Source: Setoptus koraiensis
Lineage: Eukaryota > Animalia > Arthropoda
Assembly (NCBI GenBank): GCA_048013815.1
Contig: CM106586.1
Location: 14,942,001 to 15,006,000, forward strand
Direction of reading: 5' to 3'
DNA: 64,000 nucleotides
Part shown: positions 25,601 through 37,319 of the stretch, one piece after another
Numbering within the stretch: the first letter of the stretch is position 1
Layout: each line of letters opens with the position of its first letter
Translations under genes and position numbers: made by a program
The notes under the pieces: model-generated
Database searches by the model: none
Told to the model about the DNA's origin: nothing
The model's input: the letters and a program-made list of their open reading frames with translations, nothing else

Positions 25601-26248
25601 CATCTTTTTTTTCTCATCCATACATACTATTATTATGCACATAATTAATAACCGATGAACCAGCTCGTGGAACAAGGGAGTGAAGCGGCGAAGCAGCGCC
25701 ATGAATTGGCCTCTTCTGTCAGAGGCACATCCTATACTCCCACAAGAACCTTTTCCGACACCAATAGAGCTCTAACTAAATATTGGACCTCGGGTTTGGA
25801 GTCTGAGGCATCCGATTCACCAGCTTCGAGTCTTCTCAACATGGACGAAATGATGTTGAATAGCGATCATTATCGCCGGATAGCCAGTTCGGGCAACTTC
25901 AAGAAACAACCTGTTCCGAAATTAACCCCGATCAGGCGTTTCGGTGCAGATAGTGCAACAGATTATGATAGCGAGTCATCTATAGCGTCCGATTTCAACA
26001 CAAGAGGAACAACTCATAAGATCTCTGGCACGGAATCAGATAGTGGCATTCGAAATAGCTCATCAGGTACTAGTCAGAAGTCTAGCCATAAGAAAAGAAA
26101 TCTCAAGAGCAGATTCCAGGATACCCTGCGGAACATTAGTAGAAGCATAACCGGGCTCACAAGTGATAATGAAAACGAGAAAGAGGACGATAGAACTAAT
26201 CAAGCTTATCCAACTGAGAGACCTAAACAATTCTACACTTTAGTGTGA
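19680..26248 (+). CDS. SOGA/MTCL1-family giant coiled-coil protein, proposed join(19680..19994,20490..25514,25664..26248), ~1,974 aa
   Basis: IQDTFKEEESEQLESLKQDLDLASKNCRILQFKLKKSE matches the recalled SOGA/MTCL signature ([20 protein letters not shown]). Phase-0 donors TCG|gtaagt at 19995 and 25515; acceptors ctcag| at 20489 and aaccag| at 25663 (the latter is weaker). Confidence 0.8.
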
Positions 26249-29200
26249 AATAGTGTCAATAAATGATAAAGGTACTCAATATGAACTTTGTGGGAGTAAG
26301 CACTCTTGCGTTTTCCTGAATGAAACAAGCGATAAACATTGGTCTTCTATGAATTCAATCAGCTATCGGTTCATTAGTTGATTGCGGAAGCTCTAGACTA
26401 TCTAACTAAAAATGTCGTTTTGGATTAGTAACGGATGAGCAGATTAACATTGAATTTGTCGATAGACACAGTAGTGATGAGGCATCAACAATAACGTACC
26501 GCTAATGTTCACACTAGCTGGATAGATTCAGATCGAACACTTTTTCCAGAGAGACGCTAATCTGATTGATTGGTGCAGGATTAGAGTTTAGTTTCGGGAT
26601 ATTTCTTGACCAGCCTTGAACTCAACTGAAAAAATATATCACAAATAGAATTGACCAGTTATTTCTGGTGTACGACGAATTCGATTCCTATAATAAACGC
26701 ACATTATGTTCAGCCTGGCTCAGACATCGATTGTTATGTCTAGACAGTTAGGATTTGAATGGTTCAATCCGATCGGCAATGGGACATAATGCGACTAGAT
26801 TGTTCTAAAGAATTTATTTAATTCCCCTGGTGATTTAATCGTTACATACATATGTAATTTATGAACTATCTATAAATCATCAAACAAAAACCCTGTAAAT
26901 ATCACCAAGTTCGAACCTAATGGTTCAGAGTCGACAGAAACAACATGAATTGAATTGAATTACGCCTTGTTGAATCTAAACTCTGTTGATTGAAGGATAC
27001 CTTTTTTGATCAATGGGTGACTTAAATCATTTCAACGTGACAACCAACGTGCCACCTTCATTTCAGTCGAGTTTGAATCAATGGGTTTAAATGACATCGA
27101 CATGAATGGGAGTTTCATCCGATTATTTAAGCTTATAATAGATCGAAATTTTAATGCCAACAGCCATGCCTGTTATGCCCTCATTCACTTGGGTGGAATC
27201 TGGAATCTATTTCATGAATCTAAAGAGCATTATTTGCCTCTCATGAGCCTCCTTATCATGATAATGTTCTCGCAGCTGGTCGTCTTTATGGCAGCCATAT
27301 TAAGTTGCAGCAATGTGATAAAGCGACTGTATTGAGATAGATATATCCATCTTTGGGAGCAACGCCAAATTCAACACATTATTTATGGAAATAGATCATC
27401 TCTGTGAAAAATGTTATGATTGTGCTGCCGATGAAGCGAGGTTTATATAGAAATCATATCAAATCAACAATGTTGCCGTCTCTTTGTTTTGCACAATCTA
27501 TCACTTTTTGGGTCAAGTAGGCCCCACTACTGGGTGTGCAAAGATGGGGCACGGCGCATTAAAACTAAATATTATTCGCATTTGCCATATGGAGTGACGC
27601 AACATTGAGATGTTACATAAATAATTGATATCATAATAATCAAAGTTTTTTAATAACTCGACTCCAATTTAGCTCTATTGGTCCGGAAGAGAAAAGGACC
27701 TAGTCACAATGTGGGCAGTTTCTTTTGCGAGAATCCAATCGTGTGCAGTTAATAATGAATTCTCATCCCGTCAGTCCTCAAATATTCATTGAATATTGGA
27801 CTTAGGCCTACGCTTTAAGTGGACTTGTCAGATTCGATATAGATAGTTACATAAAAGTACTATTTTCCATTTCCGAAAATGGAAACGCTTTCATTTCATT
27901 AACTTAATTTGTTCAACGAAAACACATGTTGGGAGAGATAATGGCTTCTTTTTTAATTTGAGTCCTATGGGAAATTGATGAGATTTTATCCAAGTCAGCC
28001 AGAGGTTTATTAATTTTTCAAGTGCCTTCTTACTTCATACAACGTTCTCGCAACTTGCACTTTATGAGAATGACATCTAATGATTGATACTCAAATTGGT
28101 TCTGCAATCAGATAAGTGGCTTGCTTGATTTCCAAGTTAACGTCAATTGTTCGATATATTGATCTATGAAAAATGCATCACCGTGGTGGAGTTTAATTAT
28201 AGGAATATAAGAGTATCCTCAAATAATGAGTATATCGGAGGTCCAGCGTAACCTATGATATCAGTCCTGTTCTCATCGTTACATTTTACTGGCTACGAAA
28301 TCACTTGACAATACTTTTTTTCAATGTTCAATGAGCATAACATCAATCCCAAAATTGTTGGAACATCCTCTCTGAGTTGATCTCAGCACAATGGTACATG
28401 ATGTAACGAGCCTAGCATCAGCTCAGCATATGAGGGAAGCCTTAGATTGGATGTGGCGCTTCATTATAAGTACACAAAGAATCGCTTAATAAATACATAT
28501 GGGGGCGCCGAGAACCAGAGATCTTTGAAACCTTTGAAATAACTACCCGTCAGAATATTCAAGCAAACTATTTTTGTTCGTGATTCGAGCACAACATACC
28601 CATTGTACCCAAGAATTGAAAGGGTTCATCCACACCATTCACCATTGATTGTCTCAGTCACAATGACGATAACATGGCCTTAGTCGATGTCTCTACTGTA
28701 AAATAAGCTAACTGGTGATCAAAACTTAATTTACTGTATTTAGCACCATTGATACTGACGGTGACGCACGCTTGCAGCAGCATTGAAAACGGATACGCTG
28801 ATTACGTGCTCCGGAATGGCTAAACAAGTCATGGCTCCATTGAACATTACTAAAATAGACACTCGATTACACTATTCTGAATTTGATCACACATTATTGA
28901 GGACAACCACTGTCGATACTGGCCACTATACGAGTGTCAAATAAGCTAGCGAAATCTGAGTGATGAACTGATTTAGTAGCTTATTAGTTAACCATCAATT
29001 AAAACGAGGCTACGACAAAGTGCCATAGTTATCAGAGGTTCCTAACATTTGTGCAAAGTAATTGATCCATAGGGCTGCTGATAAGCAATTAAATGTGAAT
29101 GTAAGGTTACACACACGCACTCATTGGACAGTTGCAATTAAGCTTGAGCGAAATCAATTGAGGGGCCTGGGACAAGTTTCTAAAGTGCGTCATAAAAGCC

Positions 29201-30735
29201 AAGTTGTTGTCTCAGTTGAACGTCCGTGAAAAGTTATCGGTATGAGTTGGGTGACAACTGTCAGCTAATATAGGCAACTTGATAGTATGTGAAACTGTGG
29301 TGTTAGTTGTTATGTGCAATCACAGTTGGCCTTCGAAAGAATTCCGTCAACTCAAAGTGGTAGTCAATTGACATAAGCACTTGGTGATTTACGTCAATCC
29401 GCCAAACCATTGACTGATGTGTCTGTGTGTGTGCTGGGGCGATACCCTAGTTGTTTCTCTAATCTACTAGTTGGATTGAATGTACTAATGCATATATCAG
29501 GTGAATATTCATGTATGAGGATGCCCAGACAACATTGCCACAGAAGCCGACAAGTATGTATAAAGCACCACTCTGTTTGCAAGCCACTAGGCTGCTCGCA
29601 ATTCACTCGGCATCTTGATTGTGGACCCCTTTGCTGGAAAATTGTGCCTGCTGGGATGGTGTTATCGATTTGCTAATCATTTTATCATCATATTCATTCG
29701 AAAATTCAACGGAAATGTCTCTATTAGTAGGTGGAGCATCGTCTGTCAATCGATTTGCGTTCTCATGAAAAACCCTTTGTTCCTGATAAATATATATGCC
29801 AATGATAAGAGCAAGCCAGCAACAGTGGTGGCATGTAATTATGTCATGTTATTCCTTGGCCCAGTGTCGACACCTATGCCGTTTGAGTTGCCGACAGGCG
29901 TATAATTCCAGATAATAATAAAATGCTGTGATAATGCTGTTGTTCGGCGAACATGCCGCCAAGCGCCCATTGATATACATTGATGCTTGTTTTACACTGC
30001 GGAAAAGCGGACAATTTAAGTGTCGATCATTGTATGGTTGCGCTGTAAGGCGAGCACGTTCGCAATGACACGTTGTCAAAGACATCGCCGGGCGCCCAAT
30101 GGTGACCATTAAACATGTTTGGGGCACTCGCCTTAAAATATTGACAAGTTCTCTGTGTAAGTTTAATTTGCGTAGCTATTTTTCTGTCGTGATCGTCTAA
30201 CAACTGGCAGGGCACGCGTCGCGTGCCCTAGAGCTAGTTGTGGAGAGCGCGTTGACCGGCTAAACGGACAACAGCACACATGTTGTTACTATGCCAGCCA
30301 CTAAATACCAGAGATAGTCAGCGTAGTCGCTCGTGTCCCAGGTAAACGAGACAACTTCAGATAAAACTCTTACTCTTGTTAGCGCTCTGTCCGCGAATCC
30401 CCCGAGCCCGAGTTGTTGATGGGTGTCCTGGCACAACTCAGACATCAGCCACTCGCACAAGCTGCAGCGAAATGTTTCTTTAATGTCCTAATCAGATTCT
30501 AACTAATGTTATTCTGCTATTAGACGCACTATTATAGATGGACGCTCACAACTGACATATCGAACAGCAGAATTTTCGTCAGCACCGGCCCGCAGAGAGC
30601 GACGCGGCCACGACTGGGCCATCGATTACAGGCCCAGACGCTGGCGTGTCCGCCATTTTGTTTATATTCAGGGGCGTATTCATCAGGGGTGCCCGTTGGT
30701 GGGGGGTGAAAATTCATCAAGTTCAACCAGCGACA

Positions 30736-30789
30736 CGAGCGAACAACTCGCAGCGAGCGAACAACTCACAGCGAGCGAATAACTCATAG
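30736..30789 (+). repeat. 18-bp tandem repeat x3 (CGAGCGAAYAACTCRYAG) in the GC-rich block upstream of the sNPF-like gene
   Basis: cgagcgaacaactcgcag cgagcgaacaactcacag cgagcgaataactcatag. Confidence 0.85.
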
Positions 30790-32013
30790 CGAACTACCGG
30801 CTGGTAGCGAACGGAGAAACACGCTTTCATTTGGTGGCACGGCGTGGCTTGTGTGCCGCTGCCGCCAGTGGCAACGAGAGCCTGCTGCAAGCTGTAACTG
30901 GCACACACAAGCGTGCAATTCGCCCAAGGGACCATTCGATCATAGCAACTGCGTGTGTGTTGCGCGCAAGAATTCGTCGACCAGTCATCGGCCGTGCGGG
31001 CGCCGCTTAATTGATTGCAAGCCCCGTTGGCTGGCGGCCAGAGGCGAGCTAGAGCGAGAGCTCGCCTATAGGATGCCGATGCACTCGCTCCCGTGCACGG
31101 CGCGCAACACGGTCCCTGTTACATGGCGGTTCCATTGGAGACTGTTTGTTGGAGTCTGTTAGCGAGATAGAAAGAGACGATTTCTGCAGAGCGGCCGCAT
31201 AAAAAGTTCGCCGACTCTCTCGGGCGGCCGCGCAACGCGCCAACCGTCGCCCGTCGCTCGTCGCCCGTCGCTCGTCGGTGTCTGGTGCAGGGCCGCGAGG
31301 GGGCGCCCGCGCCAGACACCAGCTCACAATGTCAGCGAATCTTTTCGCGGCGCATGTTGCGCACTCTCTTGCGACTCGCCAGAGGCAAACGCTCATCTTT
31401 TACATGGAGTCGCAACAATCGAGACGCATGCTGGCAACCTGCTTTGTTGCCACCATGCGCCATGTTGCAGGCCCGCAGTTCGATGCGCTGGTCACTACCC
31501 CTTGCGTCCCCCGCGAGCTGATTTTTGTTGTGCGCAAAAGTGCAAATTGGGCTCGAAAGTTTCTCAAAAATGGCTGGCACAACTTTTGCCGCGCACCGTC
31601 CTCCGCCGCCGAGCTGCACGCGCAACAATCAGCGTGGTCAGCAGAGTCGAACAATAGTAGTAGCGGGCCGCAGCGAACTAAATCAAGTAGATGTGCATCT
31701 TCGCTGGTAGAGTCAACAATTTAAATAGAACCAAACTGCAACCCGACTAAAAACTGAATCAATTGCATCATTTGAAACCAGACGAGCAACACGCCGAACG
31801 AACCAAACGCTGAACGAACGCACGCCGAACAGATATTTTTGTCACAGGAGCTCGGAATCAACGAAGCCAAGTGTTGAGCGATCTGCGAGGACCAATCACA
31901 GTCCAAGTGAAGAGTAAATAATCATTCCGTCATTTGCGGTACTAGTATCATCAAACAAAACAATGGCTCGAGGAAACAACGCAAGAACAAGTGCTGGTGC
32001 CAACATCGACAAC

Positions 32014-34359
32014 ATGCAGGCGCCCAACGTAAAACTGTTTGCGTTCGCCCTGTTGGCGCTCATCCTGGTCGGATCATTGATGGTCGAGTGCACTCCCAAG
32101 GCCCGGGTGCAAGATTTTGAATTCATGGGTAAGTAAATAACCGTGCCCTTGCCATGATCTCTCCATTCATCGCCATCATACCGGCCTGTGACATCCGCCT
32201 CCCAGGTCAGTGCAGCTTGCGAATCGCTTGTTTGAAGCTCCACTTGTTTACGAGTGCGTGATGGCATCCAAAACCAACAGCAGATTGCGCGCAAAACGAA
32301 AATTTTACAAACATTTGCAGGTTGCCCAACACACTTTTCGCCTAACAGCTCAACACACATCCGAGAGAGTATTTGCGAGTATGTGCGATTTTCGCTTCGT
32401 TTTTGATACGTTGCTTTGGTCGGTTTTGTTAGTTGTTCGGTCGAGTGGCTGTCCAACGATAATTATGTCGGCCAACCACTCGACCGAATCTCGGCCGACG
32501 GAGAGAGCGATTCCGGTTACGGTTAGTTCTTAGCTGATTTCTCATTGCAACGGATATATCATCTAAAATGATATGGAAAAAGTTAAGCCTATTAATTATT
32601 ATGGATAGAAAAAAAACTGCTCACTCGTGTGTAATAAAAACAGAGTTGAGAAGTGGTAGGTGGATACGAAATGAGATGGTTAGAGAAATGATTTATGGTT
32701 GGACACATTGGGAACATTCTACTACCTGAAAGTGCCACATTTGAACCAAGGTTTATAACCTGAAAATGGTTTCTCTAAAAGTTTTGTGCTATCCAGCACA
32801 ACATTGTTAGTGTAATTATGTAACTATCGAACCAGCTCGCGGAATGGTTCATAGTTCCAATGATGCATATGCACGGTTGAGTGTCAACTTTCCTTGCATT
32901 ATTCTTGTATCCTGTGGATCTATCGCGATCTAACTGCATTATTTTAGACACGGGCTTTCCATTGGATCGGTATCATAATCGGCAAAGTTATGTTTGAATG
33001 ATCATCATCTAAAATTTACGACGCGTTATATATCTTCCTCGAACGAACTTTTCCGAGAAGCAAAGAGTGAATATAATTCAAACGTCAGGCTGTGTTGTTA
33101 GTATAATAAATAGCCATCAATTTCTCGCAGGTTTGCAGGATCTTTGTCATGTGAGATAATTGAAGAAAAAAAAACTACTAAATATGGTTTCATTAATTTG
33201 CGCATTCATGCAGGCCATATCACAACCAAATCACTCCAGCCGCGTGACTTTAATGTGAACTTGATATGTGATGCGATTTGCCTGATGATGCATTCAATGA
33301 GCTTTCACTAAAAAAGAGGGCCGCAAATTTATTCAACGCAACTAACGTCATATGGATCGCGTGACAACAGAAACAGTATTCCATGAAATATCTTTATCGC
33401 AACCATCGGTGAATACCGGCTTTCCAGCCTGTGCATGGTGTCGACAATTTGCTCACAGTGTTGCACATATGAACTGATTCGTTGAGAGACGTAGCCTGTG
33501 AATAGTAGATTCAATTAGTTGAACAAGTTAGATGTCAACTCAACCGCAATCAAAATGTTGCTCTGTTACAATCAGAGACAAAGCGATTGCAATTATAAAG
33601 CGGTAGTACTTGGGAGAACATTATTCTCTTCATTACAACCGCAGATGCACCAGCGGGTACAATACCAATTGAAATGACCGTGCACTGGTGGCTTGATGAT
33701 TTCATCGAGCGTTGTTCATGTCAGTATTGAATATAACAAAAACGAGACATCAAGATAAAAACTAATCGATGGTAGTAGACAATACTCACAAAAAAAAGGA
33801 GTATTGAGTTTGGTCTTTTTTCATGGGTCATTCGTCATGAACATAATACTACAGAAGTGCGTTACAGTTAATTAAACCATAACACATCGAATAGGTTGCT
33901 GGAATTTTTTCATGAAAACTCGCAACAATTAAAATCCAACTAGAACAGTTTGCTGCAGAACTACAGCTATGATTGCGGGAGTATTTCCAGTGAATTCATT
34001 CATCAAGTTAAGGCGAAGCACAAGTCTCGGTGGCTTGATATTCCAATTTTATGCATACAAATGATAGAGTAATATGCTCATCTACAAAAGTACATGCTAG
34101 AACAATACTTTGAAGAATATGTTATCATTTTTTATCAACCATCATTTCCATCTTTTACTCCTATATATAAAAAGATCTTAAGGATCTTTACGACATGATC
34201 CAGCAAAACGACTTGCGACCAAAGAAAGCCAGGTCTGATTATGTGGCACCGTTAAGGATGAGATTTGGAAGAAGCGATCCTTGGATTTCACGCGGGCCTC
34301 TTAACTTCAACGGCGATAGTCTCGGTGCAAACTCTTACCCTAACTCGGATCAACCTTGA
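32014..34359 (+). CDS. sNPF: Short neuropeptide F-like precursor, join(32014..32128,34175..34359), 99 aa (alternative upstream ATG at 31963)
   Basis: Exon 1 gives signal peptide MQAPNVKLFAFALLALILVGSLMVEC, then TPKARVQDFEFM and donor G|gtaagt. Exon 2 (acceptor taaaaag|, phase 1) gives DLKDLYDMIQQNDLRPKK-ARSDYVAPLRMRF-GR-SDPW...QP*. This matches the arthropod sNPF layout (DLYELL propeptide, LRLRF-G-R-SDP). Confidence 0.85.
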
Positions 34360-35774
34360 TCTATTATTCGAAAATATAGTTTTGCGCTCATGGGATGCAT
34401 GATCAATTTAATACTAACAATTCACAATCGATACATTGAATATTAACTAAATTGAATATACTTGTAGATAAATAAAATATATTGCACGCTACCTCAATTT
34501 AAGATGGACGAAAGAAAGAAATCACATAGAAAAATCACCGCCAACATTCTAGAAGCAGGATCAGCGAAAACTGCACTAAAACTGGATCAACTCTGAATAC
34601 TCAAATTTATAATAGTTAAAATACTTGGGATCTAAACAAACATTATGCTCTGGACACAGAAGATAAGATGTTTTCATGTCAAGCTGAAACCAATTTGAAT
34701 ACTTTAGTATAACTAAATACATAAATTACTTATGTAACTTCGGATCCAAGTTGGTATTTGATATCAGATCACCACTTGAGGCTGAGAATCCTCCATAAAT
34801 GTACTATGCTGTTGAGTAAGTGACATTGTATTGTTTTTGAGACATTCATGGTCAATGTTTGCGGACAGAGCTAATGGATCCTCTAATACGAGAAATTCAA
34901 ACTCAATATTAACAATCGACACACAAACACATCTGAAACGATATTTGCTTTAAAAAGATACACTATCCAATTGATTATTATTATTGATTTTATAATCAAT
35001 GATTGTATACATCCAATAACACAATCGCTCTCTCTCTCCTTCCTATTCCTCTCATACGAAGCATACCTAAAATAACATGTTATAAAAATACATAACCAAA
35101 CTGATCAAATTAAACATATTTAAACATAGATTCGGTTGTCCATCTGATGATCACGATCTAACTAGGCGAAAGATGCAACAAATGTTCTCTCTCTCTCTCG
35201 CTCCCAGCCGGTCACAGTTGTTTCGTATATACATGCACAACATGTTGTCTTAATGATCGTACTCGCTACCCTACCGATTAGCTTCCTTCGCATGAAAATC
35301 ACCATTCGCATTCTTGCTTCTCTGGTCATTGTTGCCGAGAGAGGCAATCGCCGTTTGAGATTGCCTTTTCGATGAGTCCGATCGGTCCAACCAGCTACAA
35401 ATTTTCGGAAATTTTCACAAATATTCGGCATTTCGCTGGCATCTCTTGTACGAAATGACTTTTTATCCTCTATAAATCACCGTGGATGATAAGACCTGCA
35501 AAAACACGAGTCAGGCCTTCGCAACAAGATTAATTAATCTGTTGTACAAGCGTCTCCAGCTGAAGTTTATTGCAGTATGTTTCCGTTATTCACGCCTTCG
35601 ATGGAAACAAAAGTTCGAAAAGGGTTTGCAAAAAAGAGGGAACCCGATTCAACTTGTCGAGTTTCAGGTTGAGTTGTCACATATAACGATTTTCAGGTGA
35701 GCTCACAAAACTGAATCGCTCATCGATCTCTTCCATTGGTATGCACTGCAGAATCGAGATTCAATGAATATGTC

Positions 35775-35835
35775 ATCTTTTTTGAAACAGAGAAAGAGCC
35801 GCTTATATGCGCTCTTTCTCTGTTTCAAAAAAGAT
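35775..35835. other. Perfect 25-bp-stem hairpin with an 11-nt loop
   Basis: ATCTTTTTTGAAACAGAGAAAGAGC (35775..35799) and its exact reverse complement (35811..35835). Confidence 0.85.
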
Positions 35836-36015
35836 CTGCATAAGACTACTAAGTATCTCTTGCGTATCACAGCTGTATGTAACCATGGCGACCATTACTA
35901 GTTCCGAAACTTTGCTCATCACATACACTTTTATCATATCATAATTCTTGACTGAACTATATATAATTCAGATAGATATCAGTATAAATCTTATAATAAA
36001 ACAAAGCAAGTAACC

Positions 36016-36798
36016 ATGTCGCTGCTGATGAACAAAATATGGTCCAAGATAAAGTTACAGCAAAAGCGTCAATTGAGTATTATGCTCGTAGGATTGGATT
36101 ATAGTGGTAAGACAACTCTTCTAAACCAATTAATAGATCCAGTGGAACAACCTAGATTAAACAATTTAGAATCTACTCGTTCAAATGTCCATTCAACTAT
36201 TAGCTATCATTTTGAGGTGACTCGTTATAAAGATTCACAAATACTGGTGGTCGATTTCTCAGGCGAAAGTCGTTACAGGAATCTTTGGTGCGAATATTAT
36301 AACAGTGTTGATGCTATTATATTTGTAATTGATTCAAAGGATTCCTTTCGTCTAGTAGTTGTCAAAGATGAACTTGAATTGTTACTCAACCATGAATCAT
36401 TTTCGAGTCTTGGATTAGACAACCCCAATATGAATAATCCGACCGACGAAAGTGTCACTCACCAACAGCGGTCGCTTGTCATAAAAGATCGAAGGCTGAT
36501 TAAACACGTCTCATCCTCTTCTGATGGGCTCAAGCAAAAGAAAGCAAACAACAAAAAAATACCAGGATTGATAAGGAAGCAGGTGCCTATACTGTTCGTT
36601 GCCAACAAAGTAGATCAGACTGGGCACATGAGTCCTAAAAGTATTTCTGCAATACTTGAACTTGAGAGAATAAATTTTCACAAACACCCTTGGCATATAG
36701 AAGCAATGAGTGCTAAAACTGGACAAGGTATACTGGCTGGCATGGACTGGCTCATGTCCCAGCTAGACGCTCAGTCGGAGCTATCACGAAGAATTTGA
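36016..36798 (+). CDS. ARL6: ARL6/BBS3-like Arf-family GTPase with a ~55-aa insertion, intronless
   Basis: GLDYSGKTT, DFSGESRYRNLW.EYY, AIIFVIDS.DSFRLVVVKDELELLLNH, PILFVANKVD, KHPWHI and GMDWL match ARL6 signatures. Confidence 0.85.
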   Translation: MSLLMNKIWSKIKLQQKRQLSIMLVGLDYSGKTTLLNQLIDPVEQPRLNNLESTRSNVHSTISYHFEVTRYKDSQILVVDFSGESRYRNLWCEYYNSVDAIIFVIDSKDSFRLVVVKDELELLLNHESFSSLGLDNPNMNNPTDESVTHQQRSLVIKDRRLIKHVSSSSDGLKQKKANNKKIPGLIRKQVPILFVANKVDQTGHMSPKSISAILELERINFHKHPWHIEAMSAKTGQGILAGMDWLMSQLDAQSELSRRI

Positions 36799-37319
36799 TT
36801 TATTAATAAACTATACGCCACCAGACAAAACCAATGCTTCTACTATATATGTATGGTACGAGTTTCCTACGAAATAATCAAAAATCATGGCAACGAATGA
36901 TCGGTACAGCCCTCTCGAAATAGCGAATGATCGTTGTTCGAGGCGGTTTTCGGGATCTTTCGATTTCCATCAATTCGTTATTGCAAATGGTTGTTACAAA
37001 CTTTCGTTTTTTCGGTGGTGACCGCTATGGTTCATCCTCAAAATAAATGATTTTGTGCTCCAACAACAGTTAAGCGAGTTGAATCACGCACTCATCATCC
37101 GACATCTCGAACTATTAATACATCCAACTACATCTACTACTACTGTATCTGTAGGTATCGTGATGCCTGAAGATACTCTAAGCTCTAATAATAGTCACAA
37201 TGTGTGCCTCATGACAATCACGATTCTACCCATTCCAAATAATTAAGAAAGTCAAGTGCAATCCTATAGCCTCAATAAAATATATCGAGCTGCGAGTAAT
37301 AACGAAGTATTCTGCCAAA

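Noticed and set aside
28741-28763. TAGCACCATT miR-29/285-like seed
   Set aside because: The 3' half does not match and there is no hairpin.
26300-30200. Short protein-like stretches in the long intergenic region after the SOGA gene
   Set aside because: Interrupted by multiple stops with no identifiable family. They could be decayed genes but cannot be supported.
30638-30710. CAGGGGCGTA... resembling a hAT terminal repeat
   Set aside because: No matching inverted end or 8-bp TSD was found in the window.
30723-31724. GC-rich ORFs of 60-148 aa upstream of the sNPF-like gene
   Set aside because: Long frames are expected from GC content, they occur on both strands, and no motif is recognisable.
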